Position numbers and translations under genes: made by a program | The notes under the pieces: generated by a model | Database searches by the model: none | Seen by the model: only the letters and a program-made list of their open reading frames with translations | What the model was told of the DNA's origin: nothing | Part shown: in pieces, positions 17,833 to 37,899 of the stretch | Numbering within the stretch: the stretch's first letter is position 1 | Layout: each line of letters opens with the position of its first letter | Assembly (NCBI GenBank): GCA_964016885.1 | Contig: OZ024742.1 | Coordinates: 42,842,001 to 42,906,000, forward strand | DNA length: 64,000 bases | Origin: Eledone cirrhosa | Taxonomy: Eukaryota | Direction of reading: 5' to 3'

Positions 17833-20734
17833 TATATATGTGAATATAGACATAGAATATTCGAAAATATTCTGTATGTTTATAATAAACATTTTGAAGA
17901 CCTAATCGCTATAGAATAGAATACGTCACGTATTACAATTAGATTCTCGATAAAAGCAAGGGAAGTAATCTACGCGTTTCATTCTAGTTAGAAATCATCA
18001 GGACTACATATCCAGTGCTTTTATCGAGAATGACACAGCTAGAGACTTATAGAATACTTAGCTGTGTACAGGAACTGGTTTGAAAGAGCGGTTGCCGGTC
18101 CGGCAGAAATTAGAAATTGGAATAAATGCTCTGAAATAGCGATATATATGTGAATATAGACATAGAATATTCGAAAATATTCTGTATGTTTATAATAAAC
18201 ATTTTGAAGACCTAATCGCTATAGAATAGAATACGTCACGTATTACAATTAGATTCTCGATAAAAGCAAGGGAAGTAATCTACGCGTTTCATTCTAGTTA
18301 GAAATCATCAGGACTACATATCCAGTGCTTTTATCGAGAATGACACAGCTAGAGACTTATAGAATACTTAGCTGTGTACAGGAACTGGTTTGAAAGAGCG
18401 GTTGCCGGTCCGGCAGAAATTAGAAATTGGAATAAATGCTCTGAAATAGCGATATATATGTGAATATAGACATAGAATATTCGAAAATATTCTGTATGTT
18501 TATAATAAACATTTTGAAGACCTAATCGCTATAGAATAGAATACGTCACGTATTACAATTAGATTCTCGATAAAAGCAAGGGAAGTAATCTACGCGTTTC
18601 ATTCTAGTTAGAAATCATCAGGACTACATATCCAGTGCTTTTATCGAGAATGACACAGCTAGAGACTTATAGAATACTTAGCTGTGTACAGGAACTGGTT
18701 TGAAAGAGCGGTTGCCGGTCCGTCAGAAATTAGAAATTGGAATAAATGCTCTGAAATAGCGATATATATGTGAATATAGACATAGAATATTCGAAAATAT
18801 TCTGTATGTTTATAATAAACATTTTGAAGACCTAATCGCTATAGAATAGAATACGTCACGTATTACAATTAGATTCTCGATAAAAGCAAGGGAAGTAATC
18901 TACGCGTTTCATTCTAGTTAGAAATCATCAGGACTACATATCCAGTGCTTTTATCGAGAATGACACAGCTAGAGACTTATAGAATACTTAGCTGTGTACA
19001 GGAACTGGTTTGAAAGAGCGGTTGCCGGTCCGGCAGAAATTAGAAATTGGAATAAATGCTCTGAAATAGCGATATATATGTGAATATAGACATAGAATAT
19101 TCGAAAATATTCTGTATGTTTATAATAAACATTTTGAAGACCTAATCGCTATAGAATAGAATACGTCACGTATTACAATTAGATTCTCGATAAAAGCAAG
19201 GGAAGTAATCTACGCGTTTCATTCTAGTTAGAAATCATCAGGACTACATATCCAGTGCTTTTATCGAGAATGACACAGCTAGAGACTTATAGAATACTTA
19301 GCTGTGTACAGGAACTGGTTTGAAAGAGCGGTTGTCGGTCCGGCAGAAATTAGAAATTGGAATAAATGCTCTGAAATAGCGATATATATGTGAATATAGA
19401 CATAGAATATTCGAAAATATTCTGTATGTTTATAATAAACATTTTGAAGACCTAATCGCTATAGAATAGAATACGTCACGTATTACAATTAGATTCTCGA
19501 TAAAAGCAAGGGAAGTAATCTACGCGTTTCATTCTAGTTAGAAATCATCAGGACTACATATCCAGTGCTTTTATCGAGAATGACACAGCTAGAGACTTAT
19601 AGAATACTTAGCTGTGTACAGGAACTGGTTTGAAAGAGCGGTTGCGGTCCGGCAGAAATTAGAAATTGGAATAAATGCTCTGAAATAGCGATATATATGT
19701 GAATATAGACATAGAATATTCGAAAATATTCTGTATGTTTATAATAAACATTTTGAAGACCTAATCGCTATAGAATAGAATACGTCACGTATTACAATTA
19801 GATTCTCGATAAAAGCAAGGGAAGTAATCTACGCGTTTCATTCTAGTTAGAAATCATCAGGACTACATATCCAGTGCTTTTATCGAGAATGACACAGCTA
19901 GAGACTTATAGAATACTTAGCTGTGTACAGGAACTGGTTTGAAAGAGCGGTTGCCGGTCCGGCAGAAATTAGAAATTGGAATAAATGCTCTGAAATAGCG
20001 ATATATATGTGAATATAGACATAGAATATTCGAAAATATTCTGTATGTTTATAATAAACATTTTGAAGACCTAATCGCTATAGAATAGAATACGTCACGT
20101 ATTACAATTAGATTCTCGATAAAAGCAAGGGAAGTAATCTACGCGTTTCATTCTAGTTAGAAATCATCAGGACTACATATCCAGTGCTTTTATCGAGAAT
20201 GACACAGCTAGAGACTTATAGAATACTTAGCTGTGTACAGGAACTGGTTTGAAAGAGCGGTTGCCGGTCCGGCAGAAATTAGAAATTGGAATAAATGCTC
20301 TGAAATAGCGATATATATGTGAATATAGACATAGAATATTCGAAAATATTCTGTATGTTTATAATAAACATTTTGAAGACCTAATCGCTATAGAATAGAA
20401 TACGTCACGTATTACAATTAGATTCTCGATAAAAGCAAGGGAAGTAATCTACGCGTTTCATTCTAGTTAGAAATCATCAGGACTACATATCCAGTGCTTT
20501 TATCGAGAATGACACAGCTAGAGACTTATAGAATACTTAGCTGTGTACAGGAACTGGTTTGAAAGAGCGGTTGCCGGTCCGGCAGAAATTAGAAATTGGA
20601 ATAAATGCTCTGAAATAGCGATATATATGTGAATATAGACATAGAATATTCGAAAATATTCTGTATGTTTATAATAAACATTTTGAAGACCTAATCGCTA
20701 TAGAATAGAATACGTCACGTATTACAATTAGATT
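17833..20734 (-). mobile_element. Retrozyme-like tandem array, left arm: 9 full 310-bp units plus a partial unit; hammerhead on - strand
   Basis: tgaatataga recurs at 17841, 18151, 18461, 18771, 19081, 19391, 19700, 20010, 20320 and 20630; only about 3 differences between units were noticed. Confidence 0.92.
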
Positions 20735-22617
20735 ATATCGCTATTTCAGAGCATTTATTCCAATTTCTAATTTCTGCCGGACCGGCAACCGCTCTTTCAA
20801 ACCAGTTCCTGTACACAGCTAAGTATTCTATAAGTCTCTAGCTGTGTCATTCTCGATAAAAGCACTGGATATGTAGTCCTGATGATTTCTAACTAGAATG
20901 AAACGCGTAGATTACTTCCCTTGCTTTTATCGAGAATCTAATTGTAATACGTGACGTATTCTATTCTATAGCGATTAGGTCTTCAAAATGTTTATTATAA
21001 ACATACAGAATATTTTCGAATATTCTATGTCTATATTCACATATATATCGCTATTTCAGAGCATTTATTCCAATTTCTAATTTCTGCCGGACCGGCAACC
21101 GCTCTTTCAAACCAGTTCCTGTACACAGCTAAGTATTCTATAAGTCTCTAGCTGTGTCATTCTCGATAAAAGCACTGGATATGTAGTCCTGATGATTTCT
21201 AACTAGAATGAAACGCGTAGATTACTTCCCTTGCTTTTATCGAGAATCTAATTGTAATACGTGACGTATTCTATTCTATAGCGATTAGGTCTTCAAAATG
21301 TTTATTATAAACATACAGAATATTTTCGAATATTCTATGTCTATATTCACATATATATCGCTATTTCAGAGCATTTATTCCAATTTCTAATTTCTGCCGG
21401 ACCGGCAACCGCTCTTTCAAACCAGTTCCTGTACACAGCTAAGTATTCTATAAGTCTCTAGCTGTGTCATTCTCGATAAAAGCACTGGATATGTAGTCCT
21501 GATGATTTCTAACTAGAATGAAACGCGTAGATTACTTCCCTTGCTTTTATCGAGAATCTAATTGTAATACGTGACGTATTCTATTCTATAGCGATTAGGT
21601 CTTCAAAATGTTTATTATAAACATACAGAATATTTTCGAATATTCTATGTCTATATTCACATATATATCGCTATTTCAGAGCATTTATTCCAATTTCTAA
21701 TTTCTGCCGGACCGGCAACCGCTCTTTCAAACCAGTTCCTGTACACAGCTAAGTATTCTATAAGTCTCTAGCTGTGTCATTCTCGATAAAAGCACTGGAT
21801 ATGTAGTCCTGATGATTTCTAACTAGAATGAAACGCGTAGATTACTTCCCTTGCTTTTATCGAGAATCTAATTGTAATACGTGACGTATTCTATTCTATA
21901 GCGATTAGGTCTTCAAAATGTTTATTATAAACATACAGAATATTTTCGAATATTCTATGTCTATATTCACATATATATCGCTATTTCAGAGCATTTATTC
22001 CAATTTCTAATTTCTGCCGGACCGGCAACCGCTCTTTCAAACCAGTTCCTGTACACAGCTAAGTATTCTATAAGTCTCTAGCTGTGTCATTCTCGATAAA
22101 AGCACTGGATATGTAGTCCTGATGATTTCTAACTAGAATGAAACGCGTAGATTACTTCCCTTGCTTTTATCGAGAATCTAATTGTAATACGTGACGTATT
22201 CTATTCTATAGCGATTAGGTCTTCAAAATGTTTATTATAAACATACAGAATATTTTCGAATATTCTATGTCTATATTCACATATATATCGCTATTTCAGA
22301 GCATTTATTCCAATTTCTAATTTCTGCCGGACCGGCAACCGCTCTTTCAAACCAGTTCCTGTACACAGCTAAGTATTCTATAAGTCTCTAGCTGTGTCAT
22401 TCTCGATAAAAGCACTGGATATGTAGTCCTGATGATTTCTAACTAGAATGAAACGCGTAGATTACTTCCCTTGCTTTTATCGAGAATCTAATTGTAATAC
22501 GTGACGTATTCTATTCTATAGCGATTAGGTCTTCAAAATGTTTATTATAAACATACAGAATATTTTCGAATATTCTATGTCTATATTCACATATATATCG
22601 CTATTTCAGAGCATTTA
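20735..22617 (+). mobile_element. Retrozyme-like tandem array, inverted right arm: 6 full 310-bp units plus a partial unit; hammerhead on + strand
   Basis: atatcgctatttcaga recurs at 20735, 21045, 21355, 21665, 21975, 22285 and 22595; reverse complement of the left-arm unit. Confidence 0.92.
20849..20937 (+). ncRNA. Type I hammerhead ribozyme (representative; one per 310-bp unit)
   Basis: gtagtc-CTGATGA(20879-85)-tttctaactagaat-GAAA-CGCG-TA-gattac. Stem I is extended by a perfect 16-bp helix attctcgataaaagca/tgcttttatcgagaat; stem III is palindromic; predicted cleavage after A20909. Confidence 0.88.
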
Positions 22618-25606
<2,989 letters not shown>

Positions 25607-26160
25607 AAAAACAAATAACGAAACGAAATTAAATTTCGTTTCGTTTGTAACTCACTTTTGTATGACTGACGCTTAAACAATTAAGTTAAAGATGTACATC
25701 CATATATGTATACTGAAATACTAGTTTGTATATGAATACACACACGTATACATATGTAGATGTACCAAGTTTTTTCACTGGTCACTTTACTGTGAGTGGC
25801 CAGCTATTCTGTATGTAAACACACAGACAAACCGGTTTTTAGAGTCATACTGGTTTTTGAGGAAACACCTTTCCTCTATTCTCCAGAAAGCCAGACAAGG
25901 AATATTGAACTAGTTTCGTTGTTGTTACAACTCATCAGCAATATTTACCTATCTTCCGGCCTTTCTAGAGAATCGTAAAAGCACATATCGTTATATGCTT
26001 TTTCTATGAAAATTAGTAGTGGGCAGACCAATTTGCATAGAGTGTGAGTAAGTACCGGTTCAACGGAGACGATAAAAACAAATAACGAAACGAAATTAAA
26101 TTTCGTTTCGTTTGTAACTCACTTTTGTATGACTGACGCTTAAACAATTAAGTTAAAGAT
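25607..26160 (-). mobile_element. ~468-bp hammerhead unit plus terminal redundancy (retrozyme or PLE pLTR-like)
   Basis: aaaacaaataacgaaacgaaattaaatttcg... occurs at 25607 and again at ~26075. Hammerhead on - strand 25901-25945: aatattg-CTGATGA-gttgtaacaacaac-GAAA-CTAG-TT-caatatt. Confidence 0.85.
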
Positions 26161-26181
26161 GTATATGTATATATGTATATG

Positions 26182-26700
26182 TATTGTTATACTTTGGGAG
26201 GGTCATGTTGCCAATAAGAAACACACATAGAACAAACAACCAACCAACAATAAATAAATAAATAAACAAACAAATATAAATAGAAAAATAAAAAAATAAA
26301 AAAATAAAAAATAGAAAAATGAACACAAACACACACAGACACCCGGATGTGGCGCATGCGCAAACTGAGCACGCAACCCACACACAAACAAAATGGCGTA
26401 GGATAGAAGAAAGGAAAGGCACAGAAACGAAGAAAGAAATCCCCAGTCACTGAAGAGGTCACAGAGTGTGTGACGAAAGAACTATGACTATATATATATA
26501 AACAACTATCTGGTTGTGGAACCAACCAACCAACCAGAAATTTATAAATTTGTAAATTTATAAATATATATTAAATTAAATTGAAGTGAAAGCAACTGGT
26601 GCGTGTGTTTCTTATTGGCAACATGACCCTCCCAAAGTATAACAATATCGGTTTCAACACACGATTTCAGATAAAGAATCTTGCTAAACAAATTCAGAAA
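26182..26700 (+). mobile_element. Solo Penelope pLTR with a short inverted 5' tail
   Basis: Homologous to the pLTR after the GIY-YIG ORF (41285-41668). 26182-26226 is an inverted copy of ~26603-26647. Hammerhead agtca-CTGAAGA-ggtcacagagtgtgtgac-GAAA-gaac-TA-tgact at 26445-26489. Confidence 0.85.
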
Positions 26701-26725
26701 CGAAATATATATATATATATGTATG

Positions 26726-26756
<31 letters not shown>

Positions 26757-26859
26757 ATATATATGTATATATATATGTATATATGTATATATGTATATGT
26801 ATATATGTATATATATATATGTATATATGTATATATGTATATGTATATATGTATATATG

Positions 26860-26890
<31 letters not shown>

Positions 26891-26901
26891 GTATATATAT
26901 G

Positions 26902-27274
26902 TATGCCGTCTTCAGAAATAATATTATTATTTCTGAAGACGGCATATATATGTGTTTGGTATGTATATTTAATTTTGATAGTTTGTATAATTTTGTATAA
27001 TTTTGTACATAGATCTGTTGAATATGCATGCCAATTCTAACACATATATATCCTAGAAACGATCGTTAAATAATGAACTTTTTTTGTTTAATATAAGGAA
27101 CTGTTTCATTGTTTTATTCATTATTTTTTTAATATTTTATCTTGACTCTGTATTCCGTTTATCTTTCACCGAAAGTGATTTTTCATTGCATCTCTTCTTT
27201 CCATGATATCCGGATTACATTGAGTTCTTCATACGGATTGGACACTACCGTAAACTCTTGGTAGATTTATCTAC
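26902..27274 (+). mobile_element. PLE pLTR-like fragment with an extended-stem-II hammerhead and 5' foldback
   Basis: attattt-CTGAAGA(26933-39)...atatatatgtgtt/aacacatatatat...GAAA-CGATCG-TT-aaataat (to 27074); short inverted copy at 26902-26922. Confidence 0.75.
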
Positions 27275-27285
27275 ATATATATATG

Positions 27286-27321
<36 letters not shown>

Positions 27322-27326
27322 TGTAA

Positions 27327-27474
<148 letters not shown>

Positions 27475-27499
27475 GTATGTATATATATATATATGTATG

Positions 27500-27532
<33 letters not shown>

Positions 27533-27611
27533 GTATATATGTATATGTATATATGTATATATATGTATATATGTATATGTATATATGTATATATATATAT
27601 GTATATATATG

Positions 27612-27642
<31 letters not shown>

Positions 27643-27679
27643 GTATATATATGTATATATATATATATGTATATATATG

Positions 27680-27728
<49 letters not shown>

Positions 27729-27742
27729 GTATATATAAAATA

Positions 27743-27807
<65 letters not shown>

Positions 27808-27834
27808 GTATATATATATATGTATATATACATG

Positions 27835-27867
<33 letters not shown>

Positions 27868-27922
27868 GTATATATATATGTATATATATATATGTACATA
27901 TATATATATATGTATATATATG

Positions 27923-27953
<31 letters not shown>

Positions 27954-27988
27954 GTATATATATGTATATATATATGTATATATATATG

Positions 27989-28022
<34 letters not shown>

Positions 28023-28027
28023 AAGCC

Positions 28028-29288
28028 AAACATAGAATATTCGAAAATATTCTGTATGTTTATAATAAACATTTTGAAGACCGAATCGCTATAGAATAGA
28101 ATACGTCACGTATTACAATTTGAGATTCTCGATAAAAGCAAGGGAAGTAACCTACGCGTTTCATTCTTATTTGAAATCATCAGGATTACATATCCAATGC
28201 TTTTATCGAGAATGACACAGCTAGAGACTTATAGAATACTTAGCTGTGTACAGGAACTGGTTTGAAAGAGCGGTTGCCGGTCCGGCAGAAATTAGAATTT
28301 GGATTTAATGCTCTGAAATAGCGATATATATGTGAAGACAAACATAGAATATTCGAAAATATTCTGTATGTTTATAATAAACATTTTGAAGACCTAATCG
28401 CTATAGAATAGAATACGTCACGTATTACAATTTGAGATTCTCGATAAAAGCAAGGGAAGTAACCTACGCGTTTCATTCTTATTTGAAATCATCAGGATTA
28501 CATATCCAATGCTTTTATCGAGAATGACACAGCTAGAGACTTGACGTATTCTATTCTATAGCGATTAGGTCTTCAAAATGTTTATTATAAACATACAGAA
28601 TATTTTCGAATATTCTATGTTTGTCTTCACATATATATCGCTATTTCAGAGCATTAAATCCAAATTCTAATTTCTGCCGGACCGGCAACCGCTCTTTCAA
28701 ACCAGTTCCTGTACACAGCTAAGTATTCTATAAGTCTCTAGCTGTGTCATTCTCGATAAAAGCATTGGATATGTAATCCTGATGATTTCAAATAAGAATG
28801 AAACGCGTAGGTTACTTCCCTTGCTTTTATCGAGAATCTCAAATTGTAATACGTGACGTATTCTATTCTATAGCGATTAGGTCTTCAAAATGTTTATTAT
28901 AAACATACAGAATATTTTCGAATATTCTATGTTTGTCTTCACATATATATCGCTATTTCAGAGCATTAAATCCAAATTCTAATTTCTGCCGGACCGGCAA
29001 CCGCTCTTTCAAACCAGTTCCTGTACACAGCTAAGTATTCTATAAGTCTCTAGCTGTGTCATTCTCGATAAAAGCATTGGATATGTAATCCTGATGATTT
29101 CAAATAAGAATGAAACGCGTAGGTTACTACTCTTGCTTTTATCGAGAATCTCAAATTGTAATACGTGACGTATTCTATTCTATAGCGATTAGGTATTCAA
29201 AATGTTTATTATAAACATACAGAATATTTTCGAATATTCTATGTTTGTCTTCACATATATATCGCTATTTCAGAGCATTAAATCCAAA
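28028..29288. mobile_element. Second inverted retrozyme-like array, 312-bp variant unit
   Basis: Left arm 28028-28542 (~1.65 units), inverted right arm 28543-29288 (~2.4 units). Hammerhead gtaatc-CTGATGA-tttcaaataagaat-GAAA-CGCG-TA-ggttac. Confidence 0.9.
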
Positions 29289-33628
<4,340 letters not shown>

Positions 33629-33900
33629 ACAGGGGTTGGACAAAATAATGGAAACACCTTTCAAACAAATTTATTTCAAAATGGGGTAGGACCGCCTTTG
33701 GCAGTAATTACAGCTTGAATTCTACGAGGTATGGACTCATACAAAGTTTGAATTGTTTCCAAAGGAATTTTTGTCCATTCTTTAGCTATAACAGTCTCCA
33801 GTTCTTGTAGGGATGATGGTGGAGGATATCGACTCCTTAGTTGTTTTTCTAAAATGCACCATAAATGTTCAATAATATTGAGATCTGAGGTGGCCAGATA
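33629..33900 (-). mobile_element. Tc1/mariner transposon 3' end (TIR plus transposase C-terminus)
   Basis: TIR ta-caggggttggacaaaataatggaaacacc. Minus strand encodes SDLNIIEHLWCILEKQLRSRYPPPSSLQELETVIAKEWTKIPLETIQTLYESIPRRIQAVITAKGGPTPF*, matching the Tc1 SPDLNPIENLW...AVI.AKGG motifs. Confidence 0.88.
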
Positions 33901-34579
33901 AAATGTTCAACAAGTGTAATACTGTTCAAGATTATATGTGTGTATGTAGGTGGGTGCCGTATTTATTTTTACTTTTGGTGTTTAAGATGTTTTTACAATT
34001 GGTTTTTATTGTTGCTGATTTGAAAATGATGGCCTGCTCAAGCTCTTATAATTTCTGATGATGGTCTAGAGAAGATCAGATTGGCTGATGTCAGCCCTAA
34101 CGTAAATATTCAAATAAAATATACAGACTCTTCTTAATATGGAATGAGTATTTTATTAAATATGGTCTTTGTATTTATTTAATTTCATTTTTTAAAAAGT
34201 AAGAACATATAAAATATGTTTGTGTAGTGCTGTACTGTTGTAAATAGGAAGAGGCTATGTAGCTGGTCCTGGTAAAATAAGCTCTCAGATTATTTAGCCG
34301 GTAAGAGTGTCAGTCACTATGAGTTGCAGCCAGAGTTAAGACAATTTGAAATCTTTTCCACCATCAATTGTTAAAAAGCAAGTTAAAATCATTTAGTCAT
34401 CATCTTATCGTAATTCTACTTGTGTTTCATCCATTCGTAACGTACGTTATGCTTTAGTTACATGGCTTAAGAATTTTAGTAGAAAGTCAAATATTTTCGA
34501 AATTAAGAACTTTAGCAGAAAGTCACGACTTGAGTTAAAGATAGTAGTCACTACCTGGGTTCTAAAACATTATTATTTA

Positions 34580-34763
34580 GCAGTGGATTGGCAATATCAG
34601 TAGAGGGTCGGACGCCATGCTTTGACGCATAGAGTTACGGCCCTTGCCATTCTGAGTTCAAATCCCGCCAAGGTTAACTTTGCCTTTCATCCTTACGGGG
34701 TCGATAAAATAAAGTACCAATAATGCACTGGATAATTGCTGACCTTGTGCCAAAAGAAGAAAC
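34580..34763 (+). mobile_element. tRNA-derived SINE (Meta-domain-like)
   Basis: B-box-like gagttcaaatcc followed by gcctttcatccttacggggtcgataaaataaagtacc; multiple copies in the window. Confidence 0.8.
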
Positions 34764-35390
34764 AATTTTTTAGCAGTAAAATAAGCTTCCAGACCCCCCC
34801 CCCCCGCGCTTGAGTTGCGTCCCTTTAGGCTTTACCGATAAAGTAAGCTTAAAAAGAATGCTTGTCTAATTTGCTGGGACCGGCTACGTAGCCTATTATA
34901 GTATTTATGTCTGTAAAAAGTAAGTAACTCTCTAAAGGGACATAATTCAGGCGAACTTACTTTGATAAATAAATATTGATAAAACTGAACATCTGATGAA
35001 GTAGTGGAGTCAATATAATTGACTAAAATCTCTTGCTCTTGACTGAAACCAGTAATATTCACACGTATAGAAGCTGACAGCAGTATAAAAAAATGCAGAG
35101 AATCACAATGGTTGGGGCTTTTGGAAGAGTCCACCTAGGAAAAACATGAAATAGTGAAGACTGATCTCAGGAAGCTGAATCTCTCAATAAACATGACACA
35201 TGAATAGAAAGATTGGCAACGTGCAGTTCTACAGAAGACTGACCTGCCAGCATGAAAATGTGATATGACCCTTTTCTGCACTTTCATTTCACAGTAACTA
35301 CTCTCCCCATAGCTGGAAAAAAAATTTTTTTCAACACGCTGACGCGTATGTGTATGCGTGTGTGTATGTGCATGCGCATACATTTATATG

Positions 35391-35670
35391 CAGGGGCCTC
35401 ATTTGCTTAAAAAATGTGAAGGGGACAAACCAAAATTTGTTGATTCTTAAAGGAGTATGTTAGTATTGCTTATGGTGCCTTTCCCGGCCCCTATCACATA
35501 AGTAAAGTTTTACGCTAATTAGATTTTATATATTCAAATGAAGTTCAGATATAAAAAATAAGCTTAAAAAGAATTTATTATATCAAATAAACAAAAAATA
35601 AAACATAGACGTTTTAAAAAAATTGAGGCGGGGACTTGTCTCCTGGTACCCCTCTGAAACAAGGCCCTTG
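35391..35670 (+). mobile_element. MITE-like element (copy 1)
   Basis: Ends caggggcctc...aaggcccttg; an inverted homologue lies at 38717-38987. Confidence 0.7.
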
Positions 35671-36099
35671 TTTATATGTATGAGTATATAAATACAAACG
35701 CAGTAGCACAAACACACTTACAAATATACACATTCACAGACATCCATTTACACAAACACACACATACATACATTTACACAAACATACACATACACGCACA
35801 TAATGCAGCATATGGAATGCCAGTCACTGTTTTGCTATAATTTTTTCACCATCCCCTTCCTTTCTTTTACACACACACCTCGTGTGACGGACGGAAGTCG
35901 TTGAAATTTATATATATATATTATGCATTTGTAATTTGTTGATAACAGCTTACTCTAGTATGAGAAAATTCGCTGTCCATTCAGTTAATATCCATCTACT
36001 GGTTATTGTGGGTATTTCAGTATTTTTGTCAATATAAACTGACTCTTCAATCAGTTGTTTGAGATAAATTAATGGATAATCATTAATAATGATTTCTAC

Positions 36100-36285
36100 T
36101 ATAGGGACAACGCCAGCAATTTTAGGGGAAGGGAAAGTGCATTACAGGTACTTTATTTTATCGACCTCATAAAGATGAAAGGCACGCTAACCTCGGCCGG
36201 ATTTGAACTCAGAACGTAAAGGGCCATAACTCTATACCGCAAGGTATAGTGTCCGACGCTTTACCGATACTGCCAATCCACTGCT
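36100..36285 (-). mobile_element. SINE copy
   Basis: ggtactttattttatcgacc...gatgaaaggc...gatttgaactcag is the reverse complement of the SINE at 34580. Confidence 0.78.
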
Positions 36286-36924
36286 CTTACGACCTTACGT
36301 TTCGGGGTCCAGATATGGCACCACTGTATAATAGAGGAGCCGTTTTCAATACTGGCGTCTCATCGGCCGCCAGGACAAAATTACGTAAACCCCCCCCCCC
36401 CCCCCCAAAAAAAAACGTTAGCCCACTAAATTTGGTTTTAATACAGTGGAGATCCCATTTTCGAGGACAAAGAGGGCTCATATAATGTTCTCCTGTGTTG
36501 TATTTTCTTGTTGACCATTCGCACGCGAGCACACACACACACACAGACACAGACACACACATGTATGTGGATAGGTGGGTCGTTCAACCTGCTAGAAATA
36601 CAAACCAAATTCTGCTGTTGTGGTGAAAGCTCTAAGAACCCGAAGTTTGGTGAGTTAATTATGTTAACATATCAAATTAAAAAATGAATATCTTTTCAGA
36701 AATTGGATCATGCATTATTCTGTTACACCAGAAGTTCTTGAAGTTGGTGCTACCGCCCCCGGGGATCATTGAAAAGGCCCAGGTGGCACTGGCGCCTAAG
36801 GTGGTGGGCCGTAGAGATGATATAATACTATATTAAATATCAAATGATACATATCATATGTATAAATAGTAAAATAGAAAATATATAATATTTATTTATA
36901 TATAGAATATATAATATTATTTTC

Positions 36925-37235
36925 CTTGCCATTCTGAGTTCAAATCCTGCCGAGGTTAACTTTGCCTTTCATCCTTTCGGGGTCGATAAAATAAAGTACC
37001 AGTAATACACTGGGTAATTGCTGGCCTGGCCTTGTGCCAAATGTAGAAACAATTATTTATTAATGGTATTGCTTTGAAGCATAGAGTTACATCCCTGTAT
37101 GATCTGAGTTCAAATCCCGCTGAGGTTAACTTTGCCTTTCATCCTTCCGGGGTCAATAAAATAAAGTACCAGTAATGCACTGGATAATTGCTGCCCTTGT
37201 GCCAAAAGTAGAAACAATTATTTATTAATGGTATT
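36925..37235 (+). mobile_element. Two tandem 5'-truncated SINE copies
   Basis: ctgagttcaaatcc...gcctttcatcc...gtgccaaa..gtagaaacaattatttattaatggtatt occurs twice. Confidence 0.8.
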
Positions 37236-37713
37236 ATTTATTATATATTATTTACAATTTGCATGTAGGTAGGTCTCTCTGGAAATAGGGCTGAGGGTAT
37301 TACGTGGCCGTGGTAACGGTGGCATAAAAGGTTTGAGAACCTTTGTGTTACACTGTGTTACACAGAAATTTCTGAAAATAAAAGAAAACAAATAAAAAAT
37401 TCCGAAAATGTTTCTGAGTTATATCCCTTCAAAAGAAAATATGCAAGAGTTATGTCCCGTGAAGGAAAATTAAAACATTTAACTGGATCGGTTGTTTCAT
37501 AAACTGGTAGAAATAGCAGTAAAATCAACTGCAGCTACATCGTTTCAAATCATCTAATGAAATTCATTAATTCATCTATCAGCCAACCAGACAAAAAGCA
37601 TAGAAAATATAACAGTAATAACGGTAGCTGAGTATGGACTCAAACAAGTAAAAGAGTAAGAGGGTATTTACATGCCACTCGATATGTACATAGCTATTTA
37701 TGTAACCTCCCCC

Positions 37714-37754
<41 letters not shown>

Positions 37755-37899
37755 CCCCAAATATATATATATACACACACAAACAGACACACACATATAG
37801 CTTAAGATTTTGAATAAAATATATTATATTTTATATAATGAAACAAATAAAAGAAACCAAATTATTAGTTTCACAGATAATGGTTTCCATTTAAGCAAT

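Noticed and set aside
17833-22617. CRISPR array or ordinary satellite interpretation of the 310-bp repeats
   Set aside because: No unique spacers or cas genes and the context is eukaryotic; the ribozyme core and inverted multimer fit a retrozyme better.
34048-34110. CTGATGA with a downstream hairpin
   Set aside because: GAAA is replaced (ctaacgta), so the core is incomplete; degenerate relic only.
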